From positions 6,424-70,423 of the forward strand of contig JABMNI010000021.1 in assembly GCA_013204605.1 (NCBI GenBank): a stretch of 64,000 bases of DNA, given 5' to 3'. Each line of letters starts with the position of its first letter. Within the stretch, counting starts at the first letter, position 1. Both the position numbers and the translations under genes were made by a program. Source of the stretch: Ignavibacteria bacterium. Lineage in GTDB: Bacteria > Bacteroidota > Ignavibacteria > Kapaibacteriales > Kapaibacteriaceae. The notes under the pieces are model-generated. The model was not told the origin of the DNA and did not search any database. It saw only the letters and a program-made list of their open reading frames with translations. Positions 41,865 through 51,580 of this stretch are shown one piece after another.

Positions 41865-44800
41865 TTAATGCAGGATAAATATCGTTCCAACTAGGTTGGC
41901 AAGGGGCTCCCCGTTTGGGTTAAATGTGGTTACCCGAAATACGTACATCCCTTGCCCTATCGACTGTCCGCGCTCATTTAGTCCGTCCCAAAGCACCGAA
42001 TTCGAACCTATGTGCGCATCGAACTCCAGTGTTTGAATGTGCCGACCCTGCATGTCATGAATCAGAATGTTTGAGGTTGTTGTTTCAGATAAGCCAATCA
42101 GTTCCACATTAAATGTCACAGGACCATTTGAAGGATTAGGATTTACGCTTAAATCCCCAAAACCGTTGTTGACCGAAACATATAGCTCGGGTTCAATGCT
42201 GGCGGAATTTTGCGTGGCATCTGTGGCTCTGACCACCAAATTATTCTGACCATCTTCCAGCTTGTATCTAAACACGATGGCCGACCGTACGCTATTATCA
42301 TTGAATTTGAGTTGGGCAGCTGCGGTACCGAAGAACTCATAATCTGTACTTGTTGATGATTTGATTCGGTCGCCATTGATAAACACAACCAGCCTAGAAG
42401 AATCATTTACCGGCAGTTTGGAATTGTCACGTACGATTACTTCGAGCCTAGGTTCTCGGCGCACATAGCCCCCTACCGTAACCAGTATATTATCGGCCTT
42501 CACTTGTATGGTCGGCGGAATGGTATCTTCGGTAACCCGAAACACTCCGAATTCCTGATTGTTGTGCCCATACATTTCAGGTTGGTTGGAAGTGTTTGCC
42601 TTGACTAATACCTTGGCATTGGTCGACGCTAAGGTTGAGGGTAGACTGGTAGAGATTGGTAGCACTTCTTCCGAGTTTAGTGCTCGCAATGGAATGGCAA
42701 ACAGGTACGCGCTTTGATCTGGCGTTGGACTACTCACGTTGATTGTTACATCGATGGGCAGTGCAGATTGCAATTTGCGAGCGTTTTTAATTTCGAAATT
42801 CAAGCTTGCTGTGTCGGCGCGAAGCACCTCACTTGGATTGATCTGTATCGAACTTTCTTCTACAATCCATTCATCGGCCGGCTCATACTTAATTTTTGCA
42901 CCCCGAATGAAGGGTAATGGGTCGAACAAATTTTCGATGTTCAATTTCCACTCAAGTTTTAAAAACTTGTATGGGCTCAATTTATCTGCGGCGTTCCAAA
43001 TCTTCAGTCCAGCTGGCATACTGTCTACGAAATCAACTTGACCATCTTCACGCCTTCCAAAAATTGATGCGTGCAAACCGGTTTCTGAATTGTCGAACTC
43101 AACGCTTTCCCATTTTCTAGCCGGGCCAATCCACTCTGTAGCCACGGTGCCCTGAGTCCTAATAAAAGTATGCGGTTCATTTAGCACGACATCCCTATCG
43201 GGAGCATTCTTCCAAATTTCGTTTGCTGCACCTATTGCTATACCTTTGCGGCCAACATATAACCATGAAGAGGACTCACGAAGTGAATCAACAAAAGCAG
43301 ATCCGTATTCGTGCATCACTTCCTGAAACTCGGCAAGCGTTGTATCCTTTATAAATCCGGTAACAGACTCAAGCCATGTGAACATATAAACGTTGTCAGT
43401 TGCAAGAACCGAATCACGCAAAAACTTTATCAAAGCCTTACTGGTTCCGTTGTGCCAACCTTCGGTGTTATCCGGATCGAAATAGGTGTCGTATCTACGA
43501 ATCAACCGAGGCACAGTATCTCTCGAATCAATGAGAACTACGTTGATGCCCCGAAAAAACTGATTTGAAATGTACTGCACATCTCCAATCGTGAACTGCA
43601 GTGTTGAATCTGTTCCATCACCGCTGGGACCTATGCCGCTTGCACGCACATAAATATTTCGAACCTTCTTAACTAGCTGTTGAGTTTTCGAGATGGAATC
43701 GAATTCCACATTTTCCGGTGTGATTTCCAACATGCGTTCAGCTCGCACATCGGCATTAGAACTATTTGTTTCGCCAATGATAATAGGCACCCAGACCATA
43801 GCCGAGGTATCGTTGGTAGCGGGACTGTACACATTCGCAGCAAGCCACGCAGGACCCTTTGGCAGGCCCTGACCAAATGTTGGTATCCACGTTGCGATAC
43901 TCTGGTCACGAATCACCTCATCGCTACTCGATTGAATAATCAACTGACTCAAATCCTGTTTTTTGGTAAGATAGAACGTGACCTTGGTCTCGTTATTCTC
44001 GGCATCCCACAACCCATCTATCATGCGGATGTGCGGAGCCGTATTACTTATCTCGCCGTATGGCATTGGTTCAAGATGCAGCGCACCCTTTGCGAATACA
44101 CTGAATACGAGTGTTACGGAATTGTTAGAGGAATCATCATTCAGTACTCGCATTGGGTCGGCAACAATCGAAACTAGGTGCTCCCCAACCATGTCGCTGA
44201 TAGCTAACGTAAACTGAACGTACCCATCCTTACAAATACCACTCACGTTCTCAACCAAGGTATCAGTTTCCCCTTTGTAACGTCTTTGCAGTACAATCGG
44301 AAACGCCGACTCGGTGCCAAGACCACGGTTTTGAATTCTCACATTCACTAGTGCAATTGAATCACTTTCAGACAATTGCCGGCTTCCATCTGTAGTCAGT
44401 ATTTCAACGTCACTGGCACGCAACATAACGTCAACCACAGTGTCGATTTCGATCCTCATCAAAGGATCACCAAGTATGCAATACTGCATCACGGTGTTTA
44501 CACCATCTTGATCTCCACGCGATGCAAAATTGACTTTTGCTTCGTAAATAATATCACCGATTGATCTCTTTGACGTATTGCGAATGGTTTCGTGAATCCG
44601 ATAATGTAAAAAGCCGATTGTCTGGATATATGCCCAACCAGTGCCTCCCACGGCTGCCGCAAAACCCTTTCCGGGTTCAATTAAATACTGAGCATTTTTT
44701 GAGAGTGTACTGGGATTGCTGAAGGCTCCAGTCTGACAAGCATAGGTTGCCAGCACGCCGTATTTACCTTCGTTATTAAGCTCGTTTGCATCCCACCCGG

Positions 44801-47561
44801 TAATATCAAAAACATCGGTGGACCCGTGGCCTATGTAGTTCATCCACTGCACACCGGCATTGATAGTTTGTTTAAGCAAATACCCGGCATTCGGAGGTGC
44901 CTCTGGTTTGCACAAGGTAACAGAGTCCAAACACAACGGCGGATCAACATAGGTTATCCCCGTATTGAAAGGATCTTTCAATATATCCTTATAAATCGAG
45001 CACAGTCCTTCTTGACTACTTCCACCGCCAACAAACAGAAATTTGCGCATCCATGGTTGATACGTTGTAGTGTCATTGCTAATAATTTTGTCTACAACGG
45101 CCTTACTCTCAGACCGGGTAATGGCAGGAATTCTGCCAACCACAAGTTCAGGCATTGCGTAATCAGTCGGGTCATCCAATAAGCCAAACCAATAATCACT
45201 CGACGGTCTTCCATACGTTGGTACTTGATCTGGTCTGCGGGAATTTGCATTTCCTTTCGGAATTGCAATTCGCGGATCCCACGTTGCGTTGCCCACCAAA
45301 AGCAGTGTAGTTGGTTTAGGTTCAGGCGCTGCCACATAATATGCACGTAGGAAATTTCTCAACGCGTCTGGTGATCGGTGACCAGTTCCAAACTCATCGA
45401 TTATTTGATCCACATCCACAATTCGTGTTGTTACAGAACTCATTTTTGCACGATGTGCCGCTAGGCGTTTCGTCTCATCTATATGCTCACGGTGAGTTAC
45501 ATATATCACATCTGCTTGAGGATTATCTACCTGAAGATTTGACAATGACGAAGGCTCAACTCTCGCATTTTCAATTCCGTTTAGATCTGCAACAAAACCA
45601 AAAAATGAATTGTTAGGGGGCAATATGGTAGTAGCGGTAGAACCTCTACTTGTCAGCAAAATGCCCAATGCTCCAAAACTATTATTACCGAAATTCTTTG
45701 ATAGTTTGTTCTCTAGAACTCCAGCCACCCAGAACTTTGCATCAGGTATTGTAGTCCCACGTTGTTGCAATGCACTTGCCAGACCACTGCTACTGCTACG
45801 TCCAACGTTCCCAATTGCGAATGCCACACCTACTGGAAGATTCTGAACTGCTTGTTGAACCTCAGTTGCGTTGGAGTACGTTGCAGAAACCACTCCGCTA
45901 TTTGTTTGTTCTTTCCAAGCCAAAAAGTAGCCGGCTACGGAATCGAATACAACTTCTGTGTCGTTGATAATTACGGCTGCCCTCATGTACGAGGTTTCCA
46001 AAGGAGACGTCAAAGTATGAATATCAGGAGGCGTAAGACTTGCTTGAATAGTTGTTGCGCCGGAGGTCACCGATAGTCTGTAAATACGAGAATTTGTTGT
46101 GTCGATAACATATCCCCCGCCACTGCGACTATTCATTACGTCAAGGCGAACGGGTGTAGTAGTTGCTCGAATCGTGCCGGCAATTCTTCCGCTGTCTAAA
46201 ACAGTCATTGCCTGACCTTCTACAACAAATCCGTCAAGTAAAATATCCGACACGTAATCTTGCTTACCTAAATGCTTCACTATTCCAGGTGCAAAAAACT
46301 TTATAGACTGTAGTCCCATTCCGTACTCACCAAAACCCACAGCCTTGGTAAAGCTGTATCTGCCAACGGTATCAGTTTCAAGCGACGCCGTGGTAAGCCC
46401 GTTTACACTCAATTCTGCGCGAGAATTCGGCTTATACTTATCTGCATAACTACTGGAAACATAATCAGCCGTGATTTTTAACGTGGAATTCTCCTTCGGA
46501 CAAAGCCTAAATGAAAACTTTTCGCTTTTGTTAGCATCGGCCTTCATTTGCGACCAATAATATCCTTCGAAGGGGGCTATATCAGAATTAAATTCTGAGT
46601 ATAAAATATTTCTAGCCGTTCCCAAGTGGTAGTAACCTGAGTCGCGTTCGTATCTGTTAGTAATCAACAAATCACTGATCGAATCCGTTGGAGTTGGTTG
46701 ACCATCAAATAGAGTTAAACGCTTCCGTTCTCCTACGCTTCGGGTTGTTAAAAAGAACACAGCGGTCGTGTCGTACAAATCAAGCCAGGTTGAGTCACCC
46801 GTTGCATGTTTTCCTGCAAAAACGATCACATCGTTCACACCATATTTTCCGTCATTGTCTGCGTCGAAAATTGCAATCGGTTGTTCATGCGCTTTGTAGA
46901 AAAGTGCCAACTCATTCAACAGTACTCCGTTCAATCTTGGTTGAGCGGCTATCACTTTCTGCGATTCGATTTTCGCAACCCCATCAATTCGCGTTTTTAC
47001 TCTTACGTGTGGCTGTTCTGGCTGGTACCACGAATTTTCAACCACTACTGGCTGAGCAAATAGTGATTTGGTCGGGCCAATTTTCCAGGTCACATCAACG
47101 GTAAAAGTGTCGGCAACAAAAACACACCCGTTTGTTACTTTAAATGGTACAACTCGAACTGTGGCGTATGGCTTCCAAGCTTTAGAACCAATGTACTTTA
47201 TCGAGGCAATTTCGCTTTGGTTTGCGACTGACTTACTCAGATTTGCAACTAGCTTCCATGACGTAACATGAAGCGCGCAGGCAAGCCGGTGTGTGTCCTG
47301 AACGGCAAGTTTGATGAACAATTCTTGAAACGGGCTTTCGGGATCAGCCGCTGGAAGGGCGTCGGGTAGTTTAATCGCGAGCGTTGGAAGGCCACCAGTG
47401 GAACTTGGCTCTATACGTATGTGCTGGGAAAGCCCCTTACAAACAACAGAAGCGCCATATTCGCCAGAGTTGACTCTTACCGTCTGCGAATGCAGCGCAA
47501 ATGGTAGCATTAGCGAGGAGACAGTTAATAGTATGGCAAATTTCAAGCTGGGGGTTCTCAC
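41865..47561 (-). CDS. Giant secreted C25 (gingipain-like) cysteine peptidase-family protein with T9SS C-terminal sorting domain
   Basis: GTG start. Signal peptide MRTPSLKFAILLTVSSLMLPFALHSQ. Central C25 catalytic region with His (YIGHGS, about 44826) and Cys (YACQTG, about 44736) spaced 31 aa apart as in gingipains. C-terminal about 80 aa (VTFNVELIGLSE...GMYVFRVT...) typical of a T9SS type-A CTD. Confidence 0.7.
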   Translation of the reverse strand: MRTPSLKFAILLTVSSLMLPFALHSQTVRVNSGEYGASVVCKGLSQHIRIEPSSTGGLPTLAIKLPDALPAADPESPFQELFIKLAVQDTHRLACALHVTSWKLVANLSKSVANQSEIASIKYIGSKAWKPYATVRVVPFKVTNGCVFVADTFTVDVTWKIGPTKSLFAQPVVVENSWYQPEQPHVRVKTRIDGVAKIESQKVIAAQPRLNGVLLNELALFYKAHEQPIAIFDADNDGKYGVNDVIVFAGKHATGDSTWLDLYDTTAVFFLTTRSVGERKRLTLFDGQPTPTDSISDLLITNRYERDSGYYHLGTARNILYSEFNSDIAPFEGYYWSQMKADANKSEKFSFRLCPKENSTLKITADYVSSSYADKYKPNSRAELSVNGLTTASLETDTVGRYSFTKAVGFGEYGMGLQSIKFFAPGIVKHLGKQDYVSDILLDGFVVEGQAMTVLDSGRIAGTIRATTTPVRLDVMNSRSGGGYVIDTTNSRIYRLSVTSGATTIQASLTPPDIHTLTSPLETSYMRAAVIINDTEVVFDSVAGYFLAWKEQTNSGVVSATYSNATEVQQAVQNLPVGVAFAIGNVGRSSSSGLASALQQRGTTIPDAKFWVAGVLENKLSKNFGNNSFGALGILLTSRGSTATTILPPNNSFFGFVADLNGIENARVEPSSLSNLQVDNPQADVIYVTHREHIDETKRLAAHRAKMSSVTTRIVDVDQIIDEFGTGHRSPDALRNFLRAYYVAAPEPKPTTLLLVGNATWDPRIAIPKGNANSRRPDQVPTYGRPSSDYWFGLLDDPTDYAMPELVVGRIPAITRSESKAVVDKIISNDTTTYQPWMRKFLFVGGGSSQEGLCSIYKDILKDPFNTGITYVDPPLCLDSVTLCKPEAPPNAGYLLKQTINAGVQWMNYIGHGSTDVFDITGWDANELNNEGKYGVLATYACQTGAFSNPSTLSKNAQYLIEPGKGFAAAVGGTGWAYIQTIGFLHYRIHETIRNTSKRSIGDIIYEAKVNFASRGDQDGVNTVMQYCILGDPLMRIEIDTVVDVMLRASDVEILTTDGSRQLSESDSIALVNVRIQNRGLGTESAFPIVLQRRYKGETDTLVENVSGICKDGYVQFTLAISDMVGEHLVSIVADPMRVLNDDSSNNSVTLVFSVFAKGALHLEPMPYGEISNTAPHIRMIDGLWDAENNETKVTFYLTKKQDLSQLIIQSSSDEVIRDQSIATWIPTFGQGLPKGPAWLAANVYSPATNDTSAMVWVPIIIGETNSSNADVRAERMLEITPENVEFDSISKTQQLVKKVRNIYVRASGIGPSGDGTDSTLQFTIGDVQYISNQFFRGINVVLIDSRDTVPRLIRRYDTYFDPDNTEGWHNGTSKALIKFLRDSVLATDNVYMFTWLESVTGFIKDTTLAEFQEVMHEYGSAFVDSLRESSSWLYVGRKGIAIGAANEIWKNAPDRDVVLNEPHTFIRTQGTVATEWIGPARKWESVEFDNSETGLHASIFGRREDGQVDFVDSMPAGLKIWNAADKLSPYKFLKLEWKLNIENLFDPLPFIRGAKIKYEPADEWIVEESSIQINPSEVLRADTASLNFEIKNARKLQSALPIDVTINVSSPTPDQSAYLFAIPLRALNSEEVLPISTSLPSTLASTNAKVLVKANTSNQPEMYGHNNQEFGVFRVTEDTIPPTIQVKADNILVTVGGYVRREPRLEVIVRDNSKLPVNDSSRLVVFINGDRIKSSTSTDYEFFGTAAAQLKFNDNSVRSAIVFRYKLEDGQNNLVVRATDATQNSASIEPELYVSVNNGFGDLSVNPNPSNGPVTFNVELIGLSETTTSNILIHDMQGRHIQTLEFDAHIGSNSVLWDGLNERGQSIGQGMYVFRVTTFNPNGEPLANLVGTIFILH

Positions 47562-47602
47562 ATAAAAAGAAAGCGTCGTAACACGGTTAGTACTACGACG
47601 CT
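47562..47602 (-). terminator. Rho-independent terminator of the upstream membrane-protein gene, abutting the start of the giant C25 gene
   Basis: AGCGTCGTA-(13 nt loop)-TACGACGCT hairpin followed by TTCTTTTTAT on the minus strand. Confidence 0.45.
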
Positions 47603-47631
47603 ATGACTACGCTTATTGTGTGAAGTTACGT

Positions 47632-49011
47632 TTACTGACGGGCGGGTGGGAACGCTTGACGCATGGCTATAATTATCTTTTCGGCCACCTTGTCAGAAAC
47701 AACTTTCTTTATATTCTCATCACTAGCCAAAGCATCCGCAATTGCCAATTCAACCTTTTTCTTGATAATCTCTGAGGTTTCACCAACAAGCGCGTCGGCC
47801 ATTTTGTGCATGTCTTCGCTTACGTCCTTCATAGTCTCAAGTTGATTTTTATTCGCGTCTTCCATTTTCTTCATCAACTTGTCCATACGTTCCTCTTCTT
47901 CAGTATACATAAGTGCGAACGCGAGGAGTGCAAGCATCGTTCCCTCTAGAGAAATTGATGCAAGAATCAACGATGGCTTCGTTGCTGGGATAAATTTCAA
48001 ACCGCGAATACCAATGATAACGATAAGGATCGCTGCTCCGCCGTATGCCAGACCAGTAACGTTGTTAGAATACTTCTCTGTAAAGTGGTGAGACATATAC
48101 AATCTTAAGCCACCAAAAAATTTGGCTCTATTACGTGACCAGCCGATACCCTGAGTGGTATCAACAATCTCTTTAAGAACGAAATCAGAGAAAAACTCTT
48201 TAATACGTAGGTATAATACTTCTGTTCTATACTCAATGATGTCGATTTCATTATTAAACACGTCGTCGAATCTAACTAGGCGCTTGCCATGGGCTTTGGC
48301 TGTGTCCTCGTTCTCAGTAGATGTTCTCTCCCACACAACTTTAAAAGCAGAGCGGACTTGATGGGCTTCCAGTAATTTCAGGTCGCCATCAGGCATAACT
48401 AGCAGATCAACAACTTCATCTGAAAAACCTGTTTGAAGTCGGATTTTTGACTTCGTATGGTGAATCTCCCTATCGACTTTTTGGGCCATGAATCCAATAG
48501 AACCTGGTAAAAAGAAGGTTAAGAAGATTGCCATCGTAAAACCAAATGCAAACGATAGTACGGCAAAACCAATAACGGGCTCCAGAATGATAGCCGATTC
48601 GCCTAGTCCACCTTCGCCATTCGCCTTAACCACCCACTCGCCAGTGCTTTTGGTATAGCCATCTTTTCGTTCGGTTCTATCCATCGACGAGAAGTCGAAT
48701 ATATAGTCAGTTTTAATGTACTGCTTCAGGCCGGCATCATCAGCAACCATACCTGTAAACCGTTCATTCACAACGGCATACACGTGATCAGTTACTTCAT
48801 GGAACGCATCCCTCTGGCGTTCATCGTGCGGCTCAAACAGAGCCAAAACTCCGCCTCTCACTCCCGCAGGTATCACATACTTAAATGATACGAATGAAAA
48901 AATCGCGACTAACGCGAAGAATAACACATAGTGCTGGGCACTTGATTTTAAATTCGCCTTACTCGAGTTCGCCTTACGCGAGTCTTCTGTCATTGCGACT
49001 CCTACCACCAT
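47632..49011 (-). CDS. Hypothetical polytopic membrane protein with C-terminal coiled-coil
   Basis: About five predicted TM helices and a 90-aa K/E-rich coiled-coil tail. No recognisable family. The likely start is the Met at 48993 (MTEDSRK). Confidence 0.4.
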   Translation of the reverse strand: MVVGVAMTEDSRKANSSKANLKSSAQHYVLFFALVAIFSFVSFKYVIPAGVRGGVLALFEPHDERQRDAFHEVTDHVYAVVNERFTGMVADDAGLKQYIKTDYIFDFSSMDRTERKDGYTKSTGEWVVKANGEGGLGESAIILEPVIGFAVLSFAFGFTMAIFLTFFLPGSIGFMAQKVDREIHHTKSKIRLQTGFSDEVVDLLVMPDGDLKLLEAHQVRSAFKVVWERTSTENEDTAKAHGKRLVRFDDVFNNEIDIIEYRTEVLYLRIKEFFSDFVLKEIVDTTQGIGWSRNRAKFFGGLRLYMSHHFTEKYSNNVTGLAYGGAAILIVIIGIRGLKFIPATKPSLILASISLEGTMLALLAFALMYTEEEERMDKLMKKMEDANKNQLETMKDVSEDMHKMADALVGETSEIIKKKVELAIADALASDENIKKVVSDKVAEKIIIAMRQAFPPARQ

Positions 49012-49149
49012 TATTGAAATTTATTGTACGCTTTTGCCGTTTGAAGTACTACCTCAGAACTGTCGAATATACCAAAAAAAGCAGCCGTAACATCGACCAA
49101 TTATTAAAAATCTAACGTCAATGCGACAATCCATGCATCCCGAAATCCG

Positions 49150-49157
49150 TAGTTTTG
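49150..49157 (+). promoter_or_regulatory. -7 box TAGTTTTG for the aminotransferase gene
   Basis: TAnnTTTG 52 nt upstream of the ATG. A GGAG is 8 nt upstream of the ATG. Confidence 0.35.
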
Positions 49158-49208
49158 ATGACTTAACCAGATAATTTTCTGGAATAAATGCATTTCTGAG
49201 GAGTTAAA

Positions 49209-50570
49209 ATGACTGAAACTACTGCCAGCACCTACCATCCTAAATTTGAAGTTAAACCCGCCGAAACCCTTAATACGCTCCGCAAAAACATGTTGATTGA
49301 CGGTTTCGACCATGTAGTTGATCTTGAACAAAGTCATGGTTCTTGGTATGTCGAGGCTAGGACAGGCAAAGAATACTTAGACTTCTTTACTTGTATCGCC
49401 TCCATGCCAATAGGTATGAACCACCCGAAAATGGTAGACCCGGCGTTTGTTGAGTATTTGGGCAAGATTGCTGTAAACAAGCCCTCTAACTCAGATATAT
49501 ACAATACGGAGTATGCAACCTTTGTTAAGACGTTTTTTGAATTAGCCGTTCCTAAGCATTTCAAATACGGTTTTTTCATTGATGGTGGGGCCTTGGCTGT
49601 TGAAAATGCCCTAAAGACGGCTATTGATTGGAAGGTCAAGAAAAATTTCGCCAAGGGAATCACGGAAGAACGCGGACACCAGGTAATGCATTTCAAAGAG
49701 GCCTTTCATGGTAGATCGGGTTATACAATGTCACTCACAAACACCGATCCAACTAAAACAGCGCTGTTCCCAAAATTTAACTGGCCAAGGATTTCCAACC
49801 CGTATTTATCGTTCCCATTGACAGATGAAGTGTTGCAAACCGTGATTCAGAGTGAGAAAGTTGCAGTTGAACAAATAAAGCAAGCGTTCCGAGATAACCC
49901 AGATGACATTTGTTCAATAATTATTGAGCCAATTCAAGGCGAAGGGGGCGACAATCATTTCCGCACTGAATTCATGCAACAATTGCGAGAATTAGCTGAT
50001 GCAAACGATGCCCTGCTGATTTTTGATGAAGTTCAAACTGGAGTAGGCATTTGCGGCGAGTGGTGGGCACACCAAGCAATTGGGGTAAATCCAGACATAA
50101 TGTGCTTTGGCAAAAAAATGCAAGTATGCGGGATTATCGTTTCCGATAGAATAGACGATGTTCCAAACAATGTTTTTCATACCTCAAGCAGAATCAATTC
50201 CACCTGGGGCGGTTCCTTGGTTGACATGGTTCGATCCACAAAATACCTTGAGATTATTGCCGAAGAAAACCTTGTTAACAACGCAAAACAAATGGGCAAG
50301 GTTTTGCATACATCCATTGAACAACTAGCGGAGAAGTATGCTCCTGGCACGATTAGCAATATCAGAGGACTCGGACTATACCGAGCTTTCGACATGGAAT
50401 CAACTGAAATCCGGAATGCCTTCCTGAAGGAAGCTTATAAAAACGGAATTCTTCTTGTAGGAAGTGGTTCGAAGAGTGTCCGATTCCGTCCAGCATTAAA
50501 CATTACTGAAGATCTTATCTCCCAGGGTGTAGCGATAATCGCGACATCACTTAATGGTTTAGTTCGCTAA
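49209..50570 (+). CDS. Class III PLP aminotransferase, L-lysine 6-transaminase (Lat)-like
   Basis: 453 aa. DGFDHVVDLEQSHGSWYVEARTGKEYLDFF resembles Lat-type omega-aminotransferases. Confidence 0.6.
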   Translation: MTETTASTYHPKFEVKPAETLNTLRKNMLIDGFDHVVDLEQSHGSWYVEARTGKEYLDFFTCIASMPIGMNHPKMVDPAFVEYLGKIAVNKPSNSDIYNTEYATFVKTFFELAVPKHFKYGFFIDGGALAVENALKTAIDWKVKKNFAKGITEERGHQVMHFKEAFHGRSGYTMSLTNTDPTKTALFPKFNWPRISNPYLSFPLTDEVLQTVIQSEKVAVEQIKQAFRDNPDDICSIIIEPIQGEGGDNHFRTEFMQQLRELADANDALLIFDEVQTGVGICGEWWAHQAIGVNPDIMCFGKKMQVCGIIVSDRIDDVPNNVFHTSSRINSTWGGSLVDMVRSTKYLEIIAEENLVNNAKQMGKVLHTSIEQLAEKYAPGTISNIRGLGLYRAFDMESTEIRNAFLKEAYKNGILLVGSGSKSVRFRPALNITEDLISQGVAIIATSLNGLVR

Positions 50571-51558
50571 TACAATCTTCAATTAGGTTCCTTCGGACAA
50601 CGTCCAGGGCAATCCCAACCATCCTGACTCCTGATGCATAGTTGTGACCTCCCCCGCCGTACTTGGCTGCAATACCACGAATATGATATGCTCCCTTCGA
50701 ACGTAGGGAGCATTTTATTTCTGTTTCAAGTTCCACTATGAGAATCCCAATTAGAACTCCCGCACTCGCAGTAGCATGATGTACAAATCCATCGAGGTCC
50801 GCCACCGAGCAACCCGATTTTTTGAATTGATTCACGTTTATCGTCATAATACACAGTTTTCCATCCTCGTAAAATTCTAGACTGGAAAGCGCGCTGCCAA
50901 GTAATTTGGTCCGCGCAGGACTTGACGTGTTCATTATTAGTTCGTATGCCTTTACTGGGTCAGCCCCTTCCTCAATAAGGCGGGCAACAATTCTGTGGAC
51001 GGCGGCCGTGGTGCGTGGAAACCGGAACGACCCCGTATCGGTCATTATCCCCACGTACAAACACATTGCAATTTTTTCTAATTGAAAAGGGGCTGGGTGG
51101 ACCTTCGAATTTTCAAAAAGTTCTCTGATGAAGCCATCCAACATCGCGCACGTCGCAGCTGCATCAGTGTCTATCCATTGAGCGGCCGCAAAATCTTTGG
51201 GAAATGTGTGGTGATCAATATTCACAACAACGGCACTCGTTTTTGAAACAGCTAAACCCAAAGCCTTTAGTCTTGTAACATCGTTTAAGTCCATGACTAC
51301 CACCACGTCCGCATTAGCTATGAGTGTTTCGTGGGATGGTTCAAACACTTCTAAAACATCAGCTCCCGGCATCCATTGCAAATTTGGTGGGGCTGCCGAA
51401 GGTAAAATTACCCGCACGATCTTACCGGCACAGGTTAGTGCATGATACATGGCAAGCACGCTACCTATAGCGTCGCCGTCTGGATTAACATGCGTGGTGA
51501 GAACCAGTAACTGGGCCTCGCCTACACTTTTTAGAATACTTTTATAGTCGTGATTCAT
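50551..51558 (-). CDS. nrnA: DHH/DHHA1 phosphoesterase NrnA-like (oligoribonuclease/pAp phosphatase)
   Basis: HVNPDGDAIGS, DHH and a C-terminal GGGH motif. Confidence 0.7.
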   Translation of the reverse strand: MNHDYKSILKSVGEAQLLVLTTHVNPDGDAIGSVLAMYHALTCAGKIVRVILPSAAPPNLQWMPGADVLEVFEPSHETLIANADVVVVMDLNDVTRLKALGLAVSKTSAVVVNIDHHTFPKDFAAAQWIDTDAAATCAMLDGFIRELFENSKVHPAPFQLEKIAMCLYVGIMTDTGSFRFPRTTAAVHRIVARLIEEGADPVKAYELIMNTSSPARTKLLGSALSSLEFYEDGKLCIMTINVNQFKKSGCSVADLDGFVHHATASAGVLIGILIVELETEIKCSLRSKGAYHIRGIAAKYGGGGHNYASGVRMVGIALDVVRRNLIEDCISELNH

Positions 51559-51564
51559 CTAAGT

Positions 51565-51572
51565 CAAATATA
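51565..51572 (-). promoter_or_regulatory. -7 box TATATTTG for nrnA (half of a palindromic bidirectional element)
   Basis: CAAATATATTTG palindrome. The minus-strand box ends 6 nt before the nrnA ATG. Confidence 0.4.
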
Positions 51573-51576
51573 TTTG
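51569..51576 (+). promoter_or_regulatory. -7 box TATATTTG for the PASTA-domain gene
   Basis: The same palindrome read on the plus strand, ending 4 nt before the ATG at 51581. Confidence 0.4.
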
Positions 51577-51580
51577 AAGG

